Positions 24,744-32,000 of a stretch of 32,000 nucleotides of DNA are shown in pieces (the stretch's first letter is position 1; each line of letters begins with the position of its first letter). The stretch is from NCBI RefSeq assembly GCF_003010495.1, contig NZ_CP027570.1:2100001-2132000 (forward strand), given 5' to 3'. Origin of the DNA: Megasphaera elsdenii DSM 20460 (lineage in GTDB: Bacteria > Bacillota > Negativicutes > Veillonellales > Megasphaeraceae). Made by a program: the position numbers and the translations under genes. Below the pieces are notes generated by a model. That model saw nothing but the letters and a program-made list of their open reading frames with translations. It ran no database searches and was not told where the DNA came from.

Positions 24744-25594
24744 CTGTCCGCGTCCCCGGTTCGTGTGGGGAAGTGATGCAGGGTATCTGGCAGGATGAGC
24801 CCTTCCTGATCACGTGTCCCATCGACCGGTACAGTACGGTCGTCGTCCGTCCCGGCAGGGGACGGCTCCTGGGCGGCGGGGAAAAGGCCCGTCGGGCTTT
24901 GGACCTGGGCCGGACATATTGCCGGTGCCAGGACCTTCCGTATGATTTTTTCCTGACGTCGGACCTGCCTCCGGGCAAGGGCATGGCTTCAAGTTCCGCC
25001 GATATCTGCGCGGTCCTGGCCGCCGTCGCCGCCGTTTGCCAAAAGTCACTTTCCCAGCAGGACATAGGCCGTCTGGCAGCTTCCATTGAGCCGACAGACG
25101 GCGTTTTTTGTCAGGGCATGGCCATGATACAGCCGGAAACAGGGGCTATCTGGCACGTGTTTCCCGAGGTGCCGTTCCTGGCTATTGCCGTCTTCGATGT
25201 CGGCGGGACCGTCGATACCGTCGCTTTCCACCGGGTCCATCGGGACCGGATCCGGCCGGTCCAGGCGCCTCTTTTTCTGGGTCTGCAGCTCCTGACGGCT
25301 TCCTTGACCGACCGCCACCTGGGGCTGGCGGCTTCTCTCAGTGCCCTGGCCAATCAGCCGTGGCTGCCGAAACCGGATTTTACGGCTTTTCTCCAGGCCG
25401 CCCTGGATCATCCTGCCGTAGTCGGCGTCAATGTGGCCCACAGCGGCACCGTCGCCGGCGTCTTCTTTGGTTGTGAAGCTTCTCCGGCATCCCGGGAAGC
25501 GGTCATTGACACCCTGTGCCGGCAGTTCCCGCAGTGGTCCTATCGGGAAACGGTTCAGTTGCAGCCGGGCGGTATTTTTACAGAAATCAGGTGA
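24734..25594 (+). CDS. pduX: GHMP-family kinase, probable L-threonine kinase of the cobalamin aminopropanol branch
   Basis: 10-nt overlap with cbiB. N-terminus VPGSCGEVMQG and GHMP motif LPPGKGMASSSADICA. Its position between cbiB and the threonine-phosphate decarboxylase gene fits PduX. Confidence 0.75.
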   Translation: MELTVRVPGSCGEVMQGIWQDEPFLITCPIDRYSTVVVRPGRGRLLGGGEKARRALDLGRTYCRCQDLPYDFFLTSDLPPGKGMASSSADICAVLAAVAAVCQKSLSQQDIGRLAASIEPTDGVFCQGMAMIQPETGAIWHVFPEVPFLAIAVFDVGGTVDTVAFHRVHRDRIRPVQAPLFLGLQLLTASLTDRHLGLAASLSALANQPWLPKPDFTAFLQAALDHPAVVGVNVAHSGTVAGVFFGCEASPASREAVIDTLCRQFPQWSYRETVQLQPGGIFTEIR

Positions 25595-25598
25595 CTTC

Positions 25599-26672
25599 AT
25601 GATACAGCGATTTGAACATGGCGGCAATGTCTACCAGCCGTCGCCGAAAGGAAAGGCCTGGCTGGATTTCAGTGCCAATATCAATCCCCTGGGCCTGTCG
25701 CCGGCTGTGCGCCAGGCGCTGGCGGCCCATCTCGACCAGGTCGTCCACTATCCGGATCCGGCCGGGACTGCCTTGCGCCAGGCCTTGGAACAGGCTTATG
25801 GCGTACCAGGTGGATCTATCGTCCTCGGCAATGGCGCTGCCGAGCTTTTTTATCTTTATATGCATACCTTCCGGCCTCAGCGGGTCCTGCTGCCGGTCCC
25901 TTCCTTCAGTGAATACGAACGGGCTGCACGGGCTGCCGGGGCCGTCGTCGATTATGGTTATCTGAAGGAGGACGACGGCTTCGCCTTCCCCTGGAAGGAG
26001 CTTCGTCAGGCCTGCGGCCAGTCGGACTGCATCGTCCTCGGCAATCCCAACAACCCGACCGGGACCTTGGCTGCGGCCGATGAAATCATGGCCCTGGCTG
26101 AAGTCGGCGCCCGCAAGGGGACGGACATCCTCGTCGATGAATCGTTCCTCGATTTCCTCGAATCCGACGAGGCTTATTCGGTCCTTCGCCAGGCCTGGGA
26201 CAGGGATAACCTCTTTGTCATCCGGTCGCTGACGAAATTTTACGCCCTGCCCGGCCTGCGCCTGGGCTTCGGCGTCACGTCGCCCTTGCGGCGCGGCCTC
26301 ATGGAAGGCCATAAGGACGTCTGGAATGTCAACGTCCTGGCCCAATATGCCGGCGTCGCCGGACTGAGGGACCGGGCCTATCAGCAGGCTTCGCGCCAAC
26401 TGGTCCAGCAGGAAAAAGAATGGCTGTACGGTCAGATGAAAAAAATTCCCGGTCTCTGCGTCTATCCGCCGTGCGTCAATTTCATCTTCTGGAAACTGAC
26501 TGGCGACGGCGCCCGGACGGCTGACCTGGCAGAAGTGCTGAAAGCCCAGGGCTTGCTGATACGCGACTGCGCCAACTATCCCGGCCTGTCGGCAGCTTAT
26601 GGCCGGACTGCTGTGCGAACACATGAAGAAAATGAAAGATTCGTGGCTCTTTTAGCGGAAAATATTAGATAA
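25599..26672 (+). CDS. cobD: Threonine-phosphate decarboxylase (PLP-dependent, aminotransferase class I/II fold)
   Basis: ATG 25599 lies 4 nt after the pduX stop. N-terminus MIQRFEHGGNVY is typical of CobD. LGNPNNPTG and SLTKFYALPGLRLG carry the PLP lysine region. The 25431 start would lie inside pduX. Confidence 0.88.
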   Translation: MIQRFEHGGNVYQPSPKGKAWLDFSANINPLGLSPAVRQALAAHLDQVVHYPDPAGTALRQALEQAYGVPGGSIVLGNGAAELFYLYMHTFRPQRVLLPVPSFSEYERAARAAGAVVDYGYLKEDDGFAFPWKELRQACGQSDCIVLGNPNNPTGTLAAADEIMALAEVGARKGTDILVDESFLDFLESDEAYSVLRQAWDRDNLFVIRSLTKFYALPGLRLGFGVTSPLRRGLMEGHKDVWNVNVLAQYAGVAGLRDRAYQQASRQLVQQEKEWLYGQMKKIPGLCVYPPCVNFIFWKLTGDGARTADLAEVLKAQGLLIRDCANYPGLSAAYGRTAVRTHEENERFVALLAENIR

Positions 26673-26869
26673 GTTCGAGATTTCACGAAAATATTAAAGA
26701 AAGATTAAAGGCTCATTAGAATTAGATTAAACTTGCAAAAAAGTCATGATTTTTTTTCTTTTTTATGATAGAATGAAGTCACAAATTAAACTATTTAATT
26801 TATTATATTTTCTGTCCTTATGATTTCTTGACAAAATCTAAAATTTTACAAAGATAGGAGGAGTGTCAT
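26673..26869 (+). promoter_or_regulatory. Strongly AT-rich intergenic region upstream of brnQ, with promoter and possible operator sequences
   Basis: Abrupt compositional drop relative to both flanks. Candidate extended -10 TGATAGAAT (26766-26774), a TTGACA at 26828-26833, and RBS AGGAGGAG at 26856-26863. ATTAGA is repeated at 26716-26728. Confidence 0.45.
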
Positions 26870-28204
26870 ATGGGAGAAAATAAAGGAAACAGAACGATTG
26901 CTATCGGCTTAATGTTGTTCGCACTGTTCTTTGGTGCTGGGAACCTGATTTTCCCGGCTGCCATGGGTCAGGCTGCCGGCTCGAATGTCTGGTGGGCTGT
27001 CCTGGGCTTCGTCGTCACCGGTGTCGGCCTGCCCTTGGCCGGGGTCCTGGCCATGGGCTATTCAGGCTGTAAGAACTTGCAGGAACTGGCTGGCCGCGTC
27101 CATCCGGCATACGGTCTCTTTTTTACCGTCATCTGTTATCTGACAATCGGACCGTTCTTCGCTATCCCTCGTACGGGCAGTGTATCTTATGAAATCGCCG
27201 TCCGTCCGTTCTTGCAGAGCGGTGGCAGTGACATGGTCATGACGGGCTTTTTGATTTTGTTCTTCGTCATTTCCTTCTGGCTGTCTGTATCGCCGCAGAA
27301 ACTGGTCGACCGCATCGGCAAGATTTTGACGCCGGCCCTGCTGCTGACGATTTTGCTGCTCATTGCCAAATCCTTCATTACGCCCCTCGGCTCGCCGCAA
27401 GACCCGACGGCTGCTTATGCGACGGCCAGCATCGCTGCCGTACAGGGCGTCCTCGATGGCTACAACACAATGGATGCGATTGCATCGCTGGTCTTCGCCA
27501 TCTTGGTCATTGAATTTGTCATGGAAGACGGCGCTACGGAACCGGCTGCCATTACGAAAGAAGTCTTTAAAGCCGGCCTGATTGCTGTAGGCTGCCTGGC
27601 TTTCGTCTACATCTTCATCGCCAAGATCGGTGCCGACAGCGTCGCTGCCTTCGGTATCCAGGAAACGGGCGCACCGGTCCTCTCCAAGAGCGCAATGATC
27701 CTCTTTGGCAATGTCGGCGCGGTCATCCTGGCTGTCATCGTACTCCTGGCCTGCTTGTCGACCTCTATCGGCCTGATTACGTCGTGCGCTACGTATTTCA
27801 ATGAACTCGTCGGCAACATCGGCTATAAGAAATGGGTCACCATCTTCACAGTCATTTCCTTCTTCGTTGCCATGTTCGGCTTGAAGACCATCATTGTCGC
27901 CGCAATTCCGGTCCTGATGTTCATTTATCCACTCGTCGTCGCTATCATCATCCTGACTTTCCTCAACAACTTGTATGATGGACGGCAGTGCGTCTACGCC
28001 TGGACCATCGGCCTGACCCTGATTCCGGCCTTGGTCACCGGCCTCCAGACGGCTAAGATTTCCTTAGGGCCTATCGACAGCATCTTCAATACGATGGTAC
28101 CGCTCCACACCCTGGGCATGGGGTGGATCAGCTTCACCATTGCCGGCTTCATCATCGGCCTGATCTGGAAAGCGGCTGTTTCCAGCAAATCTGTTAATCA
28201 ATAG
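26870..28204 (+). CDS. brnQ: Branched-chain amino acid transport system II carrier (LIVCS family)
   Basis: IAIGLMLFALFFGAGNLIFPAAMGQAAG is the signature BrnQ N-terminus. The 444-aa protein has about 12 TM segments. Confidence 0.92.
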   Translation: MGENKGNRTIAIGLMLFALFFGAGNLIFPAAMGQAAGSNVWWAVLGFVVTGVGLPLAGVLAMGYSGCKNLQELAGRVHPAYGLFFTVICYLTIGPFFAIPRTGSVSYEIAVRPFLQSGGSDMVMTGFLILFFVISFWLSVSPQKLVDRIGKILTPALLLTILLLIAKSFITPLGSPQDPTAAYATASIAAVQGVLDGYNTMDAIASLVFAILVIEFVMEDGATEPAAITKEVFKAGLIAVGCLAFVYIFIAKIGADSVAAFGIQETGAPVLSKSAMILFGNVGAVILAVIVLLACLSTSIGLITSCATYFNELVGNIGYKKWVTIFTVISFFVAMFGLKTIIVAAIPVLMFIYPLVVAIIILTFLNNLYDGRQCVYAWTIGLTLIPALVTGLQTAKISLGPIDSIFNTMVPLHTLGMGWISFTIAGFIIGLIWKAAVSSKSVNQ

Positions 28205-28222
28205 GGAGCGAAGACACATATC

Positions 28223-29608
28223 ATGAATATATTACGTCGTAAATCTTTTGATGACCTGCTGGCCCATACGCAGGAAAAGAAATTGAATAAGGCTCTTGGA
28301 GCCTTCGATATCACCCTCATGGGCCTGGGCATCATCATCGGTACGGGAATCTTCGTCCTCACCGGCATCGGTGCAGCTAAATACGCCGGTCCGGGCCTGA
28401 TGTTATCCTTCGTCTTCGCCGCGATTACTTGTGCGTTTGTCTGCCTGGCTTATTCGGAACTGGCTTCGTTCCTGCCCGTATCCGGCAGCTCCTATACCTA
28501 CGCTTATGCGTCCCTCGGCGAAATCTTTGGCTGGTGGGTCGGCTGGAGCCTCATCCTGGAATACTCGGTCGGAGCCAGTGCCGTAGCCGGCGGCTGGTCG
28601 GCGTACTTCGTCGGCATCCTTCATTCCTGCGGCATCGACTTGCCGAAAGCCTTGACGGCGGTACCGGCTGACGGTGGTATCATCAACCTGCCGGCTGTCC
28701 TCATCGTTGCCCTGGCTACGGCGCTCCTCGTCGTCGGCGTCCGCGAAAGCGCTCACGTCAACCGCATCCTGGTGTATGTCAAGATCGGTACGATTTTCCT
28801 CTTCCTCTTCCTGGCGGCACCACACATCGAACCGATGAACTGGCAGCCGTTCCTGCCCTATGGCATCCACGGCGTCTTTGCCGGCACGGCAGTCCTCTTC
28901 TTCGCCTACCTGGGCTTCGACGCCTTGTCGACGGCGGCAGAAGAAACGAAGAATCCGAAACATGACATGCCTATCGGCATCATCTCGGCCCTGGCCATCT
29001 GTACGGTCCTGTACATCGCCGTCTGCGCTGCCATGACTGGCGTCGTTCCGTATCCCATGCTCGATACGGCCGCTCCGGCCTCCTTCGTCCTGGAATACAT
29101 CGGACTCCATCTCGGTTCGGCTATCGTCGGTACCGGCGCCATCTGCGGCCTGTCGACAGTCGTCCTGGGCATGCTCTTCGCCCAGAGCCGGGCCCTCTAT
29201 TCGATGAGTCGTGACGGCCTCATGCCGATGAGTCTCTATAAGGTTCATCCGAAGTTCCATACGCCGTATATCATCCAGATTGTCATCGGCATCATCGTCG
29301 CCTGCATTACCGGTTTCACGCCGATCCACATCGTCGCGGAAACGTGCAGCGCCGGTACGATTTTCGCTTTCCTCTGTTCCTGTGTCGGCATCCTCGTCCT
29401 GCGCCGGCTCTATCCCGACCATCCGCGCGGATTCCGCTGTCCTGCCGTCCACATCATCGCCCCGCTGGGCTTCATCTGCTGTGCCTTCATCTTTTCTGAA
29501 TTGTCGTCGCATACGCTGATACTGTTCACGGGCTGGACCATCCTGGGTCTCATCATCTACATGGTCTACGGACGCAAACACAGCCTCTTGCAGCAGGAGG
29601 GGAAGTAA
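28223..29608 (+). CDS. APC superfamily amino acid permease (cationic amino acid transporter-like)
   Basis: LNKALGAFDITLMGLGIIIGTGIFVLTG, then FAYLGFDALSTAAEETKNPKHDMPIGI. The 461-aa protein is polytopic. Confidence 0.9.
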   Translation: MNILRRKSFDDLLAHTQEKKLNKALGAFDITLMGLGIIIGTGIFVLTGIGAAKYAGPGLMLSFVFAAITCAFVCLAYSELASFLPVSGSSYTYAYASLGEIFGWWVGWSLILEYSVGASAVAGGWSAYFVGILHSCGIDLPKALTAVPADGGIINLPAVLIVALATALLVVGVRESAHVNRILVYVKIGTIFLFLFLAAPHIEPMNWQPFLPYGIHGVFAGTAVLFFAYLGFDALSTAAEETKNPKHDMPIGIISALAICTVLYIAVCAAMTGVVPYPMLDTAAPASFVLEYIGLHLGSAIVGTGAICGLSTVVLGMLFAQSRALYSMSRDGLMPMSLYKVHPKFHTPYIIQIVIGIIVACITGFTPIHIVAETCSAGTIFAFLCSCVGILVLRRLYPDHPRGFRCPAVHIIAPLGFICCAFIFSELSSHTLILFTGWTILGLIIYMVYGRKHSLLQQEGK

Positions 29609-29719
29609 GGCGCTTTGCGCCGTGGGTCGTTTGCCGTGGGTCGTTCATCGAACCTTCGCCAAACGAATCACGAACTACGAACCACAAAAAAAGCTGCCGC
29701 GTAAGCGGCAGCTTTTTTT
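29609..29719 (+). repeat. Composite intergenic repeat module, short variant of 6523-6697
   Basis: The GGCGCTTTGCGCC hairpin is followed by CGT at 29621/29628/29635/29642 (CGA at 29649) and ACG at 29663/29670/29677 (ACA at 29684), then the same terminator as at 6665-6697. Confidence 0.85.
29686..29719. terminator. Bidirectional Rho-independent terminator between the convergent permease and FAH-family genes
   Basis: AAAAAAA-GCTGCCGC-GTAA-GCGGCAGC-TTTTTTT. The stem-loop is identical to 6671-6690. Confidence 0.9.
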
Positions 29720-30620
29720 ATTTCACTTTATTCTTCAAGGTCCCGATGGCGGGAATGGTGATTTCTACCGTATCGCCGGAGTGGAGGAAGCGGGGCGGAT
29801 TGAAGCCGACGCCGACGCCGCTGGGCGTACCGGTAGCGATGATGTCGCCCGGGAAGAGGGTCGTACCCTGGGAGATGGTGTGAATCAATTCGGGAATGGT
29901 AAAGATGAATTCGCCTGTCGAGCCGTCCTGACGGACTTCATTGTTGACTTTCGTGACGATGTCGAACGTATCCGGAGCGGCATCGCGCAAGAGGATATAC
30001 GGCCCGATGGGGCAGAAGGTATCCAGGCTCTTGCCGTGGAACCACTGGACGTGGTTGGCCTGCAGGTCCCGGGCCGTGACGTCGTTGAGGATAGTGAAAC
30101 CGTAGACGTGGTCCATGGCTTCGCCGACGGTGATGTCCGAACCTTCCTTGCCGATGATGACGGCCAGTTCGCCTTCATAGTCGACTTGAGATGTGACGTT
30201 CGTATGGGGGTCGATGAGGTCATCCGGGCCGATGACCGACGACGTAGCCTTGGTGAAGATGACCGGATATTTTGGCGGTTTAGGCATGGCTGTCTTGTCA
30301 AATTCGGCAATGTGTTCCGTATAGTTCTTGCCGATACAGAAAATATTCCGTTCCATATGGGGGATAGGGGCCATGATGCGTATCGTATCGAGCGGTTTGG
30401 CCTTGACGGCGCCCGTCTTTTCGTTCTGTTCCAGCGCATCGGCCAGGGCCAGCAGGCCGTCGTTGCCTTGACGGATGAATTCCAGCATCGTTTCCGGAAG
30501 GGGCGTAAAGAAAGCTTCTTCCAGGGCAATAGCCCCGTAGACCCCGTCTTCCGCTTCATTCAGGACGCCCCATTGGACGAACCCGAGGTCTTCAAAAGTG
30601 ACAAGTTTTTTTATCATCAT
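29718..30620 (-). CDS. Fumarylacetoacetate hydrolase (FAH) family protein
   Basis: IFCIGKNYTEHIAEF, VDYEGELAVIIGKEG, FTILNDVTARDLQ and C-terminal PGDIIATGTPSGVG...GDTVEITIPAIGTLKN are typical FAH-fold motifs. RBS AAGGAG lies 10 nt before ATG 30620. Confidence 0.9.
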   Translation of the reverse strand: MMIKKLVTFEDLGFVQWGVLNEAEDGVYGAIALEEAFFTPLPETMLEFIRQGNDGLLALADALEQNEKTGAVKAKPLDTIRIMAPIPHMERNIFCIGKNYTEHIAEFDKTAMPKPPKYPVIFTKATSSVIGPDDLIDPHTNVTSQVDYEGELAVIIGKEGSDITVGEAMDHVYGFTILNDVTARDLQANHVQWFHGKSLDTFCPIGPYILLRDAAPDTFDIVTKVNNEVRQDGSTGEFIFTIPELIHTISQGTTLFPGDIIATGTPSGVGVGFNPPRFLHSGDTVEITIPAIGTLKNKVK

Positions 30621-30849
30621 AAAAATTCGACTCCTTTACTCATGATAACTTATTATAGCATGACCACTAAAGAATGACTAGCGTAGCGGGATGCTCCGCC
30701 GTGAAATTCAACCACATCCTGTTCTTTGGCATAATTTCAGGTTTTACGAGCCATGGACTATGAACGATTGCTTTTTCTTGGACTCAGATGCGGCTATGCC
30801 GCGACAGACTCAAGCCGACAACGACGCTTCGGGAAGCCCTCAGCGCGTA

Positions 30850-30878
30850 GCGGGCCGCCCTCTGGGACAGCCCCTACG
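30850..30878 (-). repeat. REP-like GC-rich hairpin motif, inverted orientation
   Basis: The reverse complement reads CGTAGGGGCTGTCCCAGAGGGCGGCCCGC. Confidence 0.8.
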
Positions 30879-30966
30879 GAATCGCAGTCAGGCGATGGGA
30901 ACAGTCTGCAGATGGCAGGCTGCGCGGTTCTACAGAACGCAAAAAGACACGGCCATTGGCCGTATG

Positions 30967-30995
30967 CGTAGGGGCCGTCCCAACGGGCGGCCCGC
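30967..30995 (+). repeat. REP-like GC-rich hairpin motif
   Basis: CGTAGGGGCCGTCCCAACGGGCGGCCCGC. Apart from the loop and its closing position, it matches 22074-22102. Confidence 0.8.
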
Positions 30996-31090
30996 CTGAT
31001 AGAGAGTGTACACACTATGCATGATGGGAGATGCATAAAGAATACCACATATACCAGAAGAGTTATATCTACGATTCCTAAGGTTAACGT

Positions 31091-31127
31091 AAAAAAAGGG
31101 GCTGTCTGAATGTGGCAGTCCCTTTTT
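31091..31127. terminator. Rho-independent terminator downstream of gdhA, bidirectional by sequence
   Basis: A7, then GGGGCTG (31098-31104) pairing with CAGTCCC (31116-31122) including one G-T pair, then T5. Confidence 0.65.
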
Positions 31128-31152
31128 ATATCTACTTATTATTAAATTATTA

Positions 31153-32000
31153 TTAAACTAAGCCCTGTTCAATCATGACGTCGGCGACTTTCATGAAGGC
31201 CGTGATGTTGGCACCGGCTACGTAGTTGTCGGGGACGCCGTATTTTGCGGCGTTGTCACGGGATTCTTCGAAGATATTGCGCATGATGTCTTTGAGGGTA
31301 TCGTCGACTTTTTCGAAGGACCAGGACAGGCGTTCCGAGTTCTGGGCCATTTCCAGGGCCGATACGGCGACACCGCCCGCATTTGCGGCTTTAGCCGGTG
31401 CGAAGAGGACGCCGTGTTCCTGGAAGTATGCCATGGCGTCGAGGGTCGACGGCATGTTGGCGCCTTCGCCGATGGCTTTTACGCCGTTCTGGACGAGGGT
31501 TTTAGCCGATTCCAAATCGATTTCACCCTGGGTAGCGCAGGGAAGGGCGATGAAGGCCGGGATTTTCCACATATCGCGGCTGTTTTCATGGTATTCTGCG
31601 TTCGGGTGGGTTTCGATATATTCTTTGATGCGGCCGCGGCGGACTTCTTTGATGTCCTTGACGGCTGCGACGTCGATGCCATTGGGGTCATAGATATAGC
31701 CGTTGGAGTCGGAGCAGGTTACGACATTGGCGCCCATGGCCTGGGCTTTTTCGATGGCGTAGATGGCGACGTTGCCCGAACCGGAAACGATGACCGTCTT
31801 GCCTTTGATATCGATGTTCTTGTTGTCCAGCATATCTTTGACGAAATAGAGGAGACCATAGCCGGTAGCTTCGGTACGAGCAAAGCTTCCGCCGTAATCA
31901 ATGCCTTTGCCGGTGAGTACGCCGGCATCGAAAGCATCCTGGATGCGTTTGTACTGGCCATAGAGAAAGCCGATTTCACGGGCGCCGACGCCGATGTCAC
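31153..32000 (-). CDS. gdhA: NAD(P)-specific glutamate dehydrogenase, C-terminal ~282 aa (5' end beyond the window)
   Basis: The reading frame stays open to the window edge. The upstream part translates ...DIGVGAREIGFLYGQYKRIQDAFDAGVLTGKGIDYGGSFARTEATGYGLLYFVKDML and continues into GKTVIVSGSGNVAIYAIEKA (Rossmann) ...GANMPST...AANAGGVAVSALEMAQN. The listed ORF at 31153-31833 merely begins at an internal Met. Confidence 0.93.
   Translation of the reverse strand, partial: DIGVGAREIGFLYGQYKRIQDAFDAGVLTGKGIDYGGSFARTEATGYGLLYFVKDMLDNKNIDIKGKTVIVSGSGNVAIYAIEKAQAMGANVVTCSDSNGYIYDPNGIDVAAVKDIKEVRRGRIKEYIETHPNAEYHENSRDMWKIPAFIALPCATQGEIDLESAKTLVQNGVKAIGEGANMPSTLDAMAYFQEHGVLFAPAKAANAGGVAVSALEMAQNSERLSWSFEKVDDTLKDIMRNIFEESRDNAAKYGVPDNYVAGANITAFMKVADVMIEQGLV

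Noticed and set aside
26673-26869. Possible T-box leader upstream of brnQ
   Set aside because: There is no T-box sequence (AANNNGGGTGGNACCGCG-like) and no specifier-loop architecture. The region is too short and too AT-rich for stable T-box stems.
28403-29581. 392-aa ORF on the - strand
   Set aside because: It is antisense to the APC permease. The translation is extremely Asp/Arg/Glu-rich, which is the mirror of a hydrophobic membrane protein's codons.
29622-30677. 351-aa ORF on the + strand
   Set aside because: It starts inside the intergenic repeat module and runs antisense through the FAH-family gene. Its N-terminus (…KKLPRKRQLFLF…) is simply the translated terminator repeat, the same peptide seen in ORF 6501-6731.
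30691-31048. Three overlapping small ORFs (102, 72 and 84 aa) in the FAH/gdhA gap
   Set aside because: They overlap each other in different frames and strands and are composed largely of REP-repeat translation rich in Arg/Pro/Gly/Ala. None has a Shine-Dalgarno sequence.
31719-32000. 93-aa ORF on the - strand at the window edge
   Set aside because: It is in a different frame from the true gdhA reading frame. The gdhA frame continues uninterrupted to the edge with clear GDH sequence (DIGVGAREIGFLYGQYKR...).
1-32000. Search for a defence island, toxin-antitoxin pair, prophage, secretion system or biosynthetic gene cluster
   Set aside because: Every sizeable ORF has a confident housekeeping or transport assignment, or is a small signal-peptide protein. 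No clusters of unknown genes, nucleases, ATPases, methyltransferases, integrases or phage structural genes are present.

Overview
GC-rich bacterial chromosomal window. Gene content suggests an anaerobic Firmicutes/Negativicutes-type organism, but the taxon is only a guess. I support 27 protein-coding genes, mostly on the + strand, and almost all are core metabolism. In order they are: a corrinoid-activase tail, short-form metH, a Gfo/Idh/MocA oxidoreductase and an Amt-PII fusion (apparently one operon); a metallophosphoesterase; prfC (-); an Rrf2 regulator, small secreted protein, MATE exporter and Cof hydrolase; a split transketolase; a phosphohexomutase; fhs-fchA behind a ZTP riboswitch; an S2P-family protease, unknown secreted protein and htpX; cobQ-cbiB-pduX-cobD; brnQ and an APC permease; an FAH-family hydrolase (-); and gdhA (-, truncated by the window edge). 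The only mobile element is an apparently intact class C group II intron with its RT/maturase ORF, inserted just after the fchA terminator. The least explained signal is non-coding. One component is a family of intergenic modules built from 7-nt-phased CGTNNNN/NNNNACG arms, two of which end in an identical bidirectional terminator. The other is a REP/BIME-like GC-rich hairpin motif (CGTAGGGG-stem-loop-stem-CCCGC) present at least 7 times, often as inverted pairs. I found no CRISPR array, tRNA/rRNA, prophage, toxin-antitoxin pair, or recognisable defence, secretion or biosynthetic gene cluster. The only reverse transcriptase is the intron maturase. The many long ORFs antisense to real genes are GC-driven shadow ORFs.
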